Assembly (NCBI GenBank): GCA_019422905.1
Contig: JAHZCM010000003.1
Span: 1-47,905 of the forward strand
Reading direction: 5' to 3'
DNA from: Oscillospiraceae bacterium
GTDB lineage: Bacteria > Bacillota > Clostridia > Oscillospirales > Acutalibacteraceae
Length of the DNA: 47,905 bases
This document shows positions 1-11,514 of this stretch, piece after piece. The position numbers and the translations under genes are program-made. The notes beneath the pieces are model-generated. The model was not told the origin of the DNA and searched no databases. It saw only the letters and a program-made list of their open reading frames with translations. The stretch's first letter is position 1, and every line of letters begins with the position of its first letter.

Positions 1-273
1 CATCATCCTGTCGTCATTTGTCCAGCCCTTCATGATGGCGCCGCCCTGCAGCGCGGTATAGACATACCGGCTGACGCAGTCCCACGCTTCGGCGCAGAAT
101 TTACCGTCGAGCATATGCCAAAAATCGTCTCGCTCTCCGCTGCGCTCCAGAATGAATTCCTGCCCGATCTCAAACCTCGGGCACGGACCCGATTTCGGAT
201 CCGCAAGATACTTTTCCTGCAATTTTGGAAAGCATTTTTTATCCAGCACCGTTATTTTACATTTGTGATTCAC
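1..273 (-). CDS. TIGR04076-family protein, 3' end cut by the window edge
   Basis: Read manually: GTG at 273, RBS AAGGAGA at 281-287; MNHKCKITVLDKKCFPKLQEKYLADPKSGPCPRFEIGQEF...FCAEAWDCVSRYVYTALQGG...GWTNDDRMM resembles this family. Confidence 0.75.
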   Translation of the reverse strand, partial: MNHKCKITVLDKKCFPKLQEKYLADPKSGPCPRFEIGQEFILERSGERDDFWHMLDGKFCAEAWDCVSRYVYTALQGGAIMKGWTNDDRMM

Positions 274-285
274 TGTATTTTCTCC

Positions 286-516
286 TTATGATTCTGTGAT
301 GCCGACTTCAAATACAAGAAGCTCCGGCCGTTCATCCCCGGTGTTTTCAATCCCGTGCTCGCCGTACAGCCGGTTGACAATGACGTTGCCCGGCCCCACC
401 GGGTACGATTTACAATCGAGAAGCACTGCGCCGGTACCCTGCAAAGCAATATAGATTTCCCGATCGTTCCCATGCTTATGCACGCCGATGGAGGTTCCCG
501 GCGGCAGGATATCCCT
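286..516 (-). pseudogene. Cupin-domain protein, apparently 5'-truncated
   Basis: Open frame RDILPPGTSIGVHKHGNDREIY...GEHGIEN has the cupin HxH...E...H motifs. It begins directly after the GH5 TAA (517-519); the only start (GTG 483) lies inside motif 1 and lacks an RBS. Confidence 0.6.
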
Positions 517-1761
517 TTACGGCGTGACTGCCATGGCTTCCTCCGCATTAAACGTGAAGTCCTGCGTACGCAGCTCGTCCATAAAGCATGCCAGAATTTC
601 CTCATACGGCGCCGTTTTGACGTCGATCCGCGCGATATTGCGGTTAAAAAGGCCCCAGTTGTCGCCGGTATTGACGGTTTTATAGGTCCATTTCAAAAAG
701 CTGATCCCATTTTTTGCATACTGCCCGCACGCATAGCGCTCCTGCTCCTGATTGTTGAATTCTCCTACCATCACGGCCACATTCCATGTCTCACGGACCG
801 CCAGAAGCTCTTCCACGCGGTAATCGATCATATCGCGGTCCGTATCGTATAAATGGAGCTGGTAGAGCATATTTTCATAGCCCATATCCACGGGATCAGG
901 CAGGACCTCCGTGGACCATATGCCCTCCAGAGAGACGATATGCGCTTCGTCCTGTGCCCGCACGGCGTGATACAGACGGTCGTACGCCGCATTCGTATGC
1001 GCAACAGCCTGCGCGCTTTCGGCCGGCCAGGCGGTTTCCCCCGTATAGCCGCCGTTATTCTGCGGCTCGTTCAGGAGGTCATACGCGGCGACCGCCGGAT
1101 TATCCCGGTACCGCGCCGCGATCGCCTGCCAAAGGCGCCCCGCCGCCGCAAGATTTTCCGCTTCGGTATAAAGCAGGTTTCGTCCCGCCTTGCCGGTGGA
1201 GTGGTTCATGCTTTGCCCGCCCGGCGCGCCGTGCAGGTCAAGAATCACATAGATACCGTGTGCGGCGCACGTTTCCAAAAGCCAGTCAAGCCGCTGAAAG
1301 CCCGGGTTTTCCTCCGGATTTTCGTTCAGCCACGTGCCGTCCTCATACATAAAGTTGCGGTACCAGAACGGCGCGCGCACGCAGTTGAAGCCGAGTTTTT
1401 CGATCTGCGCGATATCCGCTTCGGTCATAAAATTTTCTTCGTACGCCTTTATGAGCGCCACGGTTTTCTCCGCGCCAAAACGCGCTTCAAGCACCTCCAG
1501 CGTGTCCAGATAGCCCCAGTCCTCGGCATAGTTCACAACCGGCCCCATCCACGTTTCCATCAGCATCCAGCCGCCGAGATTCACGCCGCAGAGCGTGACC
1601 GTTTCGCCGCTCTCCGTCACGAGCTGTCCATCTTTCACGGACAATATACCGGAAATCGGCGGATTTTTATTCTCATATTTTACAAGCGCTTTCGGTGCGC
1701 ATCCGGAAAGGCCGAGCACGAGAAGCAGAACGGAAAACCATGCAAATCCCCGCTTTTTCAT
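517..1761 (-). CDS. Glycoside hydrolase family 5 lipoprotein (glucanase/cellulase-like)
   Basis: Lipobox LSGC; GVNLGGW, DLHGAPGGQ, LLNEP (acid/base) and VGEF (nucleophile) motifs. Confidence 0.88.
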   Translation of the reverse strand: MKKRGFAWFSVLLLVLGLSGCAPKALVKYENKNPPISGILSVKDGQLVTESGETVTLCGVNLGGWMLMETWMGPVVNYAEDWGYLDTLEVLEARFGAEKTVALIKAYEENFMTEADIAQIEKLGFNCVRAPFWYRNFMYEDGTWLNENPEENPGFQRLDWLLETCAAHGIYVILDLHGAPGGQSMNHSTGKAGRNLLYTEAENLAAAGRLWQAIAARYRDNPAVAAYDLLNEPQNNGGYTGETAWPAESAQAVAHTNAAYDRLYHAVRAQDEAHIVSLEGIWSTEVLPDPVDMGYENMLYQLHLYDTDRDMIDYRVEELLAVRETWNVAVMVGEFNNQEQERYACGQYAKNGISFLKWTYKTVNTGDNWGLFNRNIARIDVKTAPYEEILACFMDELRTQDFTFNAEEAMAVTP

Positions 1762-2732
1762 TTAATTTTCTCCTCGAGCGCCCATACGTTGTCGCCGTAA
1801 TTGCTCACCAGCGTCCGGCTTTCCCGTTTTTCCCGGTCATAAAGCGAAATAAAGCTGACGCCCGGATCGCTGCCCGTAAAATACGGGATATAGCCATCCG
1901 GCTTTTTCTTCATCCACATTCCCAGCCCATAGCTGTCCTCCGTTTCATTCTGCACCTGCACACGCAGCATTTCCTCTGTCATCTCTTTGGAAAGCAGCTT
2001 ATACCCGAGCAAAGCGTTCCAGAACCGCTCCACATCCTGTACGGTGGTAAATGCACCGCCCGCACCGGTTCCCTTGACGTCTACACTGTAAATATTGGTG
2101 TAATATGCACGGCGCGCCGTATCCCATATGTAGCTGTTCGCGCAGTTTTCCGGCAGGCGGTCCAGCTCATAGTATCCGGTATGATGCATACCGGCAGGCA
2201 TAAAGACATTTTCTTCGAGATATACGTCAAACGGTTGACCGGTTACAGCCTCGATCATCATACCCAGCACGACAAAGCCCGTATTGTTATATTGAAAGCG
2301 ACTGCCTCGGGCATACAGCATCGGCTTATCGATAAAAAACGGCAGCAAATCCGCACTTTTCCGGATTTTGTAGTTCGGATATTCCCGCCAAAGCTCCTCA
2401 TATTCCTCCATAACGGACTCGTCAAAATAATCCGGTATGCCGGAAACGTGCGTCAGCAGTTCGCGGACCGTGATACCCGCGTCAATCCGCTTCCAGTCAA
2501 TCGGTATGCGCGCAATCGTATCCGAAAACGAAAGCCTTCCGCGCTCGATCAGCTGCAAAACACCGACGGCAACAAAGGCCTTTCCTGCGGATGCCGTGGC
2601 AAACCGCGTTTCGGGCGTATTTTTGATTCGGTGTCCATAATCCGCATAGCCGTTTGCGAGACAAAGACAGGATGCGCCGTTTCGCCGCACCGAAACGCAG
2701 CCGCGAAATCCGCGCTCTTCCAAGATGTTCAA
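1758..2732 (-). CDS. Serine hydrolase, beta-lactamase/PBP-like family
   Basis: SxxK (SAGK), LLTHVSG, YNN motifs; TTG start with AGGAG RBS; 4-nt overlap with the GH5 gene. Confidence 0.85.
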   Translation of the reverse strand: MNILEERGFRGCVSVRRNGASCLCLANGYADYGHRIKNTPETRFATASAGKAFVAVGVLQLIERGRLSFSDTIARIPIDWKRIDAGITVRELLTHVSGIPDYFDESVMEEYEELWREYPNYKIRKSADLLPFFIDKPMLYARGSRFQYNNTGFVVLGMMIEAVTGQPFDVYLEENVFMPAGMHHTGYYELDRLPENCANSYIWDTARRAYYTNIYSVDVKGTGAGGAFTTVQDVERFWNALLGYKLLSKEMTEEMLRVQVQNETEDSYGLGMWMKKKPDGYIPYFTGSDPGVSFISLYDREKRESRTLVSNYGDNVWALEEKIK

Positions 2733-2835
2733 TTTTTCTCCTCCTTAACCCCGAAAAATAAAACTCCGTATTTCTTATCATAATACAGCCCTGACCAGAC
2801 TGCAAGGCGGAAAATGGAAAGAACCGTTTAAAGCC

Positions 2836-2872
2836 AAAAGGGGAGACTGTGCCGCTCAGGCCGTCTCCCCTT
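2836..2872 (-). terminator. Intrinsic terminator after gyrA
   Basis: AAGGGGAGAC...GTCTCCCCTT inverted repeat with a short U tract on the minus strand. Confidence 0.65.
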
Positions 2873-2878
2873 ACTTTT

Positions 2879-5401
2879 TTATTCGTCTCCGTCGTTTTCA
2901 CTTATATCCGCCGCAGAATCGGCTTCATCCTCATCAGCAGCGCCGTTGTTTTCCACGCTCGTGATTTCCTCGCTGTCGTCGTGCGGCACGCGGGCCATCG
3001 TGATCACGCGGCTGCCCTCCTGGAGCTTCATCACGCGGACGCCTTTGCTCGGCCGCGCGCAGACACGCACGGACTTCGCCTCAATGCGGATGATGATGCC
3101 GTCGTCGGAAATCAGAATGATGTCGTTATCGAGATCGACAACCTTAATCGCCGCCACGTCGCCGTATTTTTCAACATGGTAATTCAGGATGCCCTTGCCG
3201 CCGCGGTTCTGCAAACGGTAATCCCCGATTCTGGACAGGCGGCCGTAGCCGGTTTCCGAAACGGTGAGCACAAGGCCGTTTTCGCGCAAAATGCTCATGC
3301 CAATTACCACATCGTCGCCGAGCAGGCGGATGGCGCGAACGCCGCGGGCCTGCCGTCCCATTTCGCGGACGTCGCTCTCATGGAAGCGGATCGCCTTGCC
3401 GTGCTTCGTCGCGACGAGCAGATCATCCTGCCCACTTGTGATACGCACCCAGCTTAGCACGTCATCCTCGTCCAAATCGATGGCAATGAGGCCGCTCTTG
3501 CGGACGTTCGCAAATGTGGAAAGGCTGACACGCTTGATCACCGCGTTTTTCGTGACCATGACGAGATAGCGTTCCTTATCCATCTCCTCTACACGCAGCA
3601 TGGAAGTGATCTGTTCCTCCGGCTGAAGGGGAAGGAGGTTTGCAATATTGATGCCGCGGCTTGTGCGGGAGCCTTCGGGAACCTCATAGCACTTGAGCCG
3701 GTAAACACGCCCGCGGTTTGAGAAGAACAGCACGTAATCGTGGCTTCCGGCGATGAACATCTCGGTCGCGACGTCCTCATCCCGGCGCGTCATGCCCGAA
3801 ACGCCGCGCCCGCCGCGCTTCTGCGTGCGGTAGGTATCCAGCGTCTGGCGCTTTGCATAGCCGAAATTCGTCAGCGTGAGCACGCACTCCTCGCGCGGGA
3901 TCAGATCCTCCACGTCCATTTCACCGCTGACTGCGGCAATTTCCGTGCGGCGTTCATCGCCGAACTTTTTCTTCATTTCAACGGCCTCATCCTTGATGAT
4001 GCCGAACCGGCGCGGCTCGCTCGCGATGATGTCTATATAATCGGCAATCTTCAGGCGCAAAGCGTCAAGCTCCTCCTCGATCTTCGTGCGCTCAAGACCC
4101 GTCAACTGGCCGAGGCGCATCTGCACGATGGCCTGTGCCTGCACGTCGTCGAGACCGAAGCGCGACATCAGCGCCTCCTTGCCTTCCGGAATACTCGCCG
4201 CGCTGCGCAAAATCGCGATCACTTCGTCGATAAAATCGAGCGCAATGATCAAGCCCTCGAGAATATGCGCGCGTTCCTGCGCCTTTTTAAGGTCAAACTG
4301 CGTGCGACGCAGCACGACCTCGCTCTGGAATTTGATGTATTCCTGCAGGATCTGGCGCAGGGTCAGCGTTTTCGGCTCGCCGTTCACGATCGCCAGCATG
4401 ATCACGCCGAAAGTGATCTGCATCTGCGTCATGGAAAACAGATTGTTCAGGACGATCTGCGGCGAAGCCTCGCGCTTTACGTCGATCACGATATGCATGC
4501 CGTTGCGGTCGGAATGGTCGTCGATATTGGAAATCCCTTCGATGCGCTTTTCCTTGACAAGATCGGCAATGCTCTCGATCAGGCGCGCTTTATTGACCTG
4601 ATACGGCAGCTCGGATACGACGATCTGGAACCTCCCGTTCGGCTTTTCAACAATCTCCGCGCGGGCGCGCACATAAATTTTGCCGCGGCCGGTCCCATAA
4701 GCGGCGCGGATGCCGCTGCGGCCCATGATGATGCCGCCGGTGGGGAAATCCGGGCCCTTGATATACTGCATCAGCCCGTCCAGCGTGATGTCCGGGTCAT
4801 CCACCATCGCGCAGACGCCGTCGAGCACCTCGCCCATATTGTGCGGCGGGATATTCGTCGCCATGCCGACCGCGATGCCGGTGGAGCCGTTGACGAGGAT
4901 ATTCGGGAAGTGAGAGGGCAGAGCAAGCGGTTCTTTGAGTCGGTCGTCGTAGTTCGGCTGAAAATCGACGGTATCCTTCTCAATATCCCGCAGCATCTCC
5001 ACCGAGAGCTTGCTCATTCTCGCCTCCGTGTATCGGTAAGCAGCCGGGGGGTCGCCGTCCACGGAGCCGAAGTTGCCGTGGCCGTCCACCAGCATATAGC
5101 GCATGGAAAAATCCTGTGCAAGGCGCACCAGCGCATCGTAAACCGAAACGTCGCCGTGCGGATGGTAGCGGCCCAGAACGGTGCCGACGGTATCCGCGCA
5201 TTTTCTGTACGCCTTATCCGGCCACAAGCTGTTTTCGTACATCGTATAGAGGATGCGGCGGTGCACCGGCTTCAGGCCGTCTCGCACATCCGGCAGCGCG
5301 CGCTGCACGATGACGGACATGGAGTAATCCAAAAAGGACTCCTCCATAATTTTTTTCAGGTCAACCTGTATGAGATTTTCCTTCAATTCGTTGTTATCCA
5401 T
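2879..5401 (-). CDS. gyrA: DNA gyrase subunit A
   Basis: [31 protein letters not shown] catalytic Tyr region, GyrA-box QKRGGRG. Confidence 0.98.
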   Translation of the reverse strand: MDNNELKENLIQVDLKKIMEESFLDYSMSVIVQRALPDVRDGLKPVHRRILYTMYENSLWPDKAYRKCADTVGTVLGRYHPHGDVSVYDALVRLAQDFSMRYMLVDGHGNFGSVDGDPPAAYRYTEARMSKLSVEMLRDIEKDTVDFQPNYDDRLKEPLALPSHFPNILVNGSTGIAVGMATNIPPHNMGEVLDGVCAMVDDPDITLDGLMQYIKGPDFPTGGIIMGRSGIRAAYGTGRGKIYVRARAEIVEKPNGRFQIVVSELPYQVNKARLIESIADLVKEKRIEGISNIDDHSDRNGMHIVIDVKREASPQIVLNNLFSMTQMQITFGVIMLAIVNGEPKTLTLRQILQEYIKFQSEVVLRRTQFDLKKAQERAHILEGLIIALDFIDEVIAILRSAASIPEGKEALMSRFGLDDVQAQAIVQMRLGQLTGLERTKIEEELDALRLKIADYIDIIASEPRRFGIIKDEAVEMKKKFGDERRTEIAAVSGEMDVEDLIPREECVLTLTNFGYAKRQTLDTYRTQKRGGRGVSGMTRRDEDVATEMFIAGSHDYVLFFSNRGRVYRLKCYEVPEGSRTSRGINIANLLPLQPEEQITSMLRVEEMDKERYLVMVTKNAVIKRVSLSTFANVRKSGLIAIDLDEDDVLSWVRITSGQDDLLVATKHGKAIRFHESDVREMGRQARGVRAIRLLGDDVVIGMSILRENGLVLTVSETGYGRLSRIGDYRLQNRGGKGILNYHVEKYGDVAAIKVVDLDNDIILISDDGIIIRIEAKSVRVCARPSKGVRVMKLQEGSRVITMARVPHDDSEEITSVENNGAADEDEADSAADISENDGDE

Positions 5402-5420
5402 TCTCTATGTCCTTTCGCGC

Positions 5421-7448
<2,028 letters not shown>

Positions 7449-7565
7449 TCAAAAAAGCAGGTAAAAAAAGCGCGCAGCCGTGCCTTTTTTTTCGTGATTC
7501 TAACCACCTCTGCGGGGAAAAATCGATTCTGGCGCAAATTTGACGGCTTTTTCGATTTTTGGCGC

Positions 7566-7594
7566 AAAAAAAAGCCCGTTTGAAAACGGACTTT
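7566..7594 (-). terminator. Intrinsic terminator between the Zn-finger gene and gyrB
   Basis: AAAGCCCGTTT/AAACGGACTTT stem next to an A run (U tract on the minus strand). Confidence 0.5.
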
Positions 7595-7763
7595 CTCTCC
7601 TCTATTTGGGATATACTTTGGAACCGGTCGTTTTCCCCTGCGGCTTTACGGCTGAAGCCTGAACTATAAAACGGGCAAAACGATTCATATAAGCCGCTCC
7701 GCTTTTCTTTTCACAACGCGCACGCTTTTAAACCCTGCGTAAACAAAAACGCGCGTGTACCTG

Positions 7764-8189
7764 TCAGTTTGAATCCTTGTACCGTCCTGTGTTGATTTCC
7801 GAGAAGGTATCGTCCTCTCTCCGACGGGTCGGCTGCGGCTTATTCGGCCTGCGCTCCTCCTGTGCGGGCCGCTGCACGCGCTTGATGACCGGCCGCTTCA
7901 GATACACGGTAAAGAGGCTCAGGATGAAAAAGGCGGCAAAGGGAATAAAGACATACAGGCAGGTAAACAGCTTGACGTCATCGAGTACAAATTTATAGAA
8001 GAAATAGATACACACACCCGCGCAGATGGCAAGCGCCGAAAACACATAGACGAGCGGCGAGAGATAGACATTCGAAATGCCGCCGCAGCGCGGGCATTTG
8101 TATTCGCCTTCGCGCTTCAGCTTCCACGTGCGGATCAGATTCACATGCTTTTTGCAATACGGACATGTCGGAATACCAAAATACTGCAT
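7764..8189 (-). CDS. Putative zinc-finger membrane protein (CxxC-x19-CxxC, TIGR04104-like)
   Basis: MQYFGIPTCPYC...CPRCGG, two hydrophobic helices and a basic tail; RBS AAGGAAGG upstream of ATG 8189. Confidence 0.7.
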   Translation of the reverse strand: MQYFGIPTCPYCKKHVNLIRTWKLKREGEYKCPRCGGISNVYLSPLVYVFSALAICAGVCIYFFYKFVLDDVKLFTCLYVFIPFAAFFILSLFTVYLKRPVIKRVQRPAQEERRPNKPQPTRRREDDTFSEINTGRYKDSN

Positions 8190-8208
8190 AGACGAGGCTT
8201 CCTTCCTT

Positions 8209-8517
8209 TCAATTCTTCGTTTTGGCAGAGCTTTTTCGCGGCCTTTCAAACGGGATGCCGCCAAGCTCCGATTTGGAGCGCTTTAAAAGCGTCGCCGGTG
8301 CGATCTGGGTGATATAAACGCGCTTGCCGCAGACAAAATCCCGGCAGACAACGATGGAACGGGGCAGGTCGTAGCAGACGTCCTCCACGAGGTTCTCCTG
8401 CTGGGCACGCCGGAGGAAATCCCGTGTTGCGCCCGATACCGTCGTGTTTTCCAAATCAAAAATACCGATTATATCTTCCCCGCGCACAACGACGCCGAGA
8501 CCGAGATGGATATACAC
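8209..8517 (-). CDS. remB: RemB/YaaB (DUF370-like) protein
   Basis: MYIHLG...DIIGIFDLE...YITQIAPATLLKR; conserved position after recF. Confidence 0.85.
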   Translation of the reverse strand: MYIHLGLGVVVRGEDIIGIFDLENTTVSGATRDFLRRAQQENLVEDVCYDLPRSIVVCRDFVCGKRVYITQIAPATLLKRSKSELGGIPFERPRKSSAKTKN

Positions 8518-8631
8518 GCGGATCCCCCTTTTAGTATGCTGCTTTTACGGCCGCAGAACGGCCTTTGATAGATAAAAAATAGTATAACACAATTTTTCCC
8601 CGCCGTACAGACGGGGAATATAAACTGTTTC

Positions 8632-9735
8632 TTAATTTTTCAGCGCGCCGCGCTCCACGAGGAAGCCGCGCCCGCGTTCCATCAGCCGCACGGTTTCCGG
8701 ATCGCAGCAGGTGATGAAAACCTGCCTGCCCTCCAGATGGTTCAAAAGATAGTCGCGGCGGCTCATATCCAGCTCGCTCATCACGTCGTCCAGCAGAATA
8801 ACCGGACGCTCCCCCGTTTTTTCAAAGAGGATATCGGCCTCCGCCAGCTTCAGCGCCAGCACAATGCTGCGCTGCTGGCCCTGCGAGCCATAGGTGCGTG
8901 CGGAAAGGCCGTCGATCTGAATCGTAAAATCGTCGCGGTGCGGCCCGGCGGATGTAAAGCCCATGCGGACGTCGGTTTCCCGGTTGCCTTTCAGCGCCGC
9001 GAAGAAACGCGCGGCAAGCTCCTCCTGCGTGTCCGCGTCCTGAAACGGCGCATAGGAGAAGGTAACCGCCTCTTTTTCCTTGGCGATCCCCGCGTAAATT
9101 TCCGCGGCGGCCGGCGCCAGCGTGCGGCAAAACGCGATGCGCTCCAAAATAACCTGCGTGCCGAACAGAATCAGCCGCTCATCCCAGATATCCAGCGTAT
9201 CGCGCAGCTCGGGATGGCGCGGGATGTCCTTCAATAGCGCGTTGCGCTGCAGGAGCGCCTTGTTGTAATTGGTGAGCACACGGGCAAAGGCCGGCTTCGC
9301 CTGGCACAGCGCACCGTCTATAAACGCGCGCCGCCGGGCAGGGCCCTCCTTGACAAGCAGCAGATGCTCCGGCGAAAAGATCACCGCGCAGAATTTGCCG
9401 ACAAGCGCGGAGCCCGTCTTTTTTTCCACACCGTTGATCACGCTCTGCCGCCGCCCGCTTTTAAACAACAGCTTCAGCTCCTGCTCGCGCCCCTCGGTGA
9501 AGAGCGTCATCGAAAGCGCGGCGGATTCGGCGTTTTTGCCGTTTACAAGCCGGGGCAGCTCGCCGTCCCTTGTGCCGCGGAACGAATGCCCGCCGGTAAA
9601 AAGCCAGATGGATTCGAGCAGGTTCGTTTTCCCCTGCGCATTGCTGCCGAAAATCACGTTGATCGTATCGCAGGGGAAAATTTCCCCGTTCTCTAAATTT
9701 CGAAAATTTTCAAAGCCAAGACGCGTTACGTTCAC
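8632..9735 (-). CDS. recF: DNA replication and repair protein RecF
   Basis: NFRN, Walker A GSNAQGKTN, GPHRDD, SQGQQRS, LLDDVMSELD. Confidence 0.97.
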   Translation of the reverse strand: MNVTRLGFENFRNLENGEIFPCDTINVIFGSNAQGKTNLLESIWLFTGGHSFRGTRDGELPRLVNGKNAESAALSMTLFTEGREQELKLLFKSGRRQSVINGVEKKTGSALVGKFCAVIFSPEHLLLVKEGPARRRAFIDGALCQAKPAFARVLTNYNKALLQRNALLKDIPRHPELRDTLDIWDERLILFGTQVILERIAFCRTLAPAAAEIYAGIAKEKEAVTFSYAPFQDADTQEELAARFFAALKGNRETDVRMGFTSAGPHRDDFTIQIDGLSARTYGSQGQQRSIVLALKLAEADILFEKTGERPVILLDDVMSELDMSRRDYLLNHLEGRQVFITCCDPETVRLMERGRGFLVERGALKN

Positions 9736-9738
9736 GGT

Positions 9739-9960
9739 TCAGCTCTCCGCCGCCTGCACGGTATAGCGGATTCCGTTGTATTCGGCAAAATCGCCGTCGC
9801 GCATCTTTTTGCCGCGCATTGTGCAGATTTCGCCGTTGACCGCAACCTCTCCGTTCTGAATCACAAATTTTGCCTGCCCGCCTGTGTCGAGCGCGCCGCC
9901 CAGCTTCAAAAGCGCATCCAGCCGGATAAATTCGGTCGTAATCTGAATGATTTCGTTCAT
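9739..9960 (-). CDS. yaaA: S4-domain RNA-binding protein YaaA
   Basis: [10 protein letters not shown]...TGGQAK...VNGE...RGKK; located between dnaN and recF. Confidence 0.92.
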   Translation of the reverse strand: MNEIIQITTEFIRLDALLKLGGALDTGGQAKFVIQNGEVAVNGEICTMRGKKMRDGDFAEYNGIRYTVQAAES

Positions 9961-10043
9961 GGAGCCCTTCCTTCCGTTGCAAATGGTGTTTCACAGCGCT
10001 GTTTCTCGTCCAAGGACACGCTGTGAAACATTTTGTTGTGTGC

Positions 10044-11150
10044 CTATATCTCGCTGCGCAGACGGACCGGCAGAACAAGAAAGGAGAAGGAATCGCCTTC
10101 CTTCGGCAGAATCAGCATCGGGCTGATCGGCCCGCCCAATTCCATGCGCACCTCGTCGCATTCGGCGCTGCGGAGCGCATCCAGCAGATATTTGTTGTTG
10201 AAACCAATTTCCAGCGGCTCGCCGGAAATTTTTGCTTCGATCTGATCGTTTGCCCGCCCCATCGTAGTGGTGCAGAGCAATTTTACGGTGTCCTCCCCGA
10301 AAACACAGCGTACCGGGCTTTTCAGCCGGTCTGTGATCAGCAGGGAAACGCGCTCCACGCTGTCGATCAGTGTGCGCGTCGAGACGACGACCTGCGTTTT
10401 TTTATCCTTTGGAAGCGCCGCGCGGTAATCGAGAAATTCGCCTTCGAGCAGGGCGGAAAGCACGGTGTAGTTATCGATTTTAAACAGAATGTGGCGGCGG
10501 CTCGGGCAGATTTCCACGTCGCCTTCGTCGTCCTTCAGGAGCTTGAGCACTTCGCTGAGTGTCTTTCCGGGAACGACAAAATCGAGTTCGCCGTCGAATT
10601 GAATGGCCTCGCGGCGCAGGGCCAGCCGGTAGCCGTCTACGGAAACGACGTCGAGTATATTGTCCTGAATTTTAAACAGGCTTCCTTGGTGGATTGGCTT
10701 TGCATTGGAGTCCGCGACGGCGAAAAGCGTTTGGCGGATCATGCTTTTTAACACGTTTGCGGGTAGCTTGACCGTATCGGTGTCGGTGATTTTTGGGAAT
10801 TCCGGGAATTCGGCGGCGTCCATGCCGATGATGGTGAAGCAGCTGACGCCGGAGGTGATGGTCGCCGTGTTGCGGTCGTCCGTTTCGATGGTGACGTCGT
10901 CGGCCGGGGATTTCCGGACGATTTCGGAAAACAGCTTTGCGGTCAGGATGATGGCGCCCGGCTCGGAAATGACGGCGGGCAGTTCTGTCTGCATGCCGAT
11001 TTCGAGGTCGTAGGCGGAGAGAATGATTTTTTCCACATCGCTGCGGATGAGGATGCCTTCAAGTGCGGGGATGGAGGTTTTGGTGGAAACGGCGCGCTGT
11101 AAATTGCTGACCGCTTCGGTGAGTATGCGTTTGTCTATTGTCAGCTTCAT
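10044..11150 (-). CDS. dnaN: DNA polymerase III beta sliding clamp
   Basis: 368 aa; AYDLEIG, DGYRLA, IGFNNKYLLDAL, LVLPVR. Confidence 0.97.
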   Translation of the reverse strand: MKLTIDKRILTEAVSNLQRAVSTKTSIPALEGILIRSDVEKIILSAYDLEIGMQTELPAVISEPGAIILTAKLFSEIVRKSPADDVTIETDDRNTATITSGVSCFTIIGMDAAEFPEFPKITDTDTVKLPANVLKSMIRQTLFAVADSNAKPIHQGSLFKIQDNILDVVSVDGYRLALRREAIQFDGELDFVVPGKTLSEVLKLLKDDEGDVEICPSRRHILFKIDNYTVLSALLEGEFLDYRAALPKDKKTQVVVSTRTLIDSVERVSLLITDRLKSPVRCVFGEDTVKLLCTTTMGRANDQIEAKISGEPLEIGFNNKYLLDALRSAECDEVRMELGGPISPMLILPKEGDSFSFLVLPVRLRSEI

Positions 11151-11257
11151 GGTTTTTCTCCTTTTTAGGGGTTGTGGGGTACTTTTGTTTTCGTGTGTGC
11201 GTTTTTCGGTTTGGGTGGAAAAGACGCTGTGTGAAATGCGCTTCGGCGGGCCGAAGG

Positions 11258-11480
11258 CTTTTTTATATATTTTTTTATATATTTAATTTAGCAGTAGCCG
11301 TAGGGGGTGTGGATTTGTGGGAAATTTTTGAAAGTGGCTTTCGTCCGCGAAAAAATGCGGAAAAATTTTTCAATTTTTTCTGTGGATGAAATGTGGACAA
11401 TGTGGAAAGAAATTTCTATTCCACAAGACGGTTGAAAACTCTGTGTGAAATGTTGAAAATTTGTTTATGAATTCGTGGAA
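11258..11480. promoter_or_regulatory. oriC unwinding region: AT-rich DUE, DnaA-trios and DnaA boxes
   Basis: AT tract 11258-11290; trios TAG CAG TAG CCG TAG 11289-11303; GGGG; boxes TGTGGATTT 11308, TGTGGGAAA 11316, TGTGGATGA 11381, TGTGGACAA 11392, TGTGGAAAG 11401, TATTCCACA 11417. Same layout as the Bacillus subtilis basal unwinding system. Confidence 0.9.
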
Positions 11481-11514
11481 AACCGTTTTGGCGGTTGAAG
11501 CTTTAAACAGAAGC

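Noticed and set aside
10563..10811. NBS-like TTCCGGGAA sequences inside dnaN
   Set aside because: Three or more mismatches to the consensus; explained by coding sequence.
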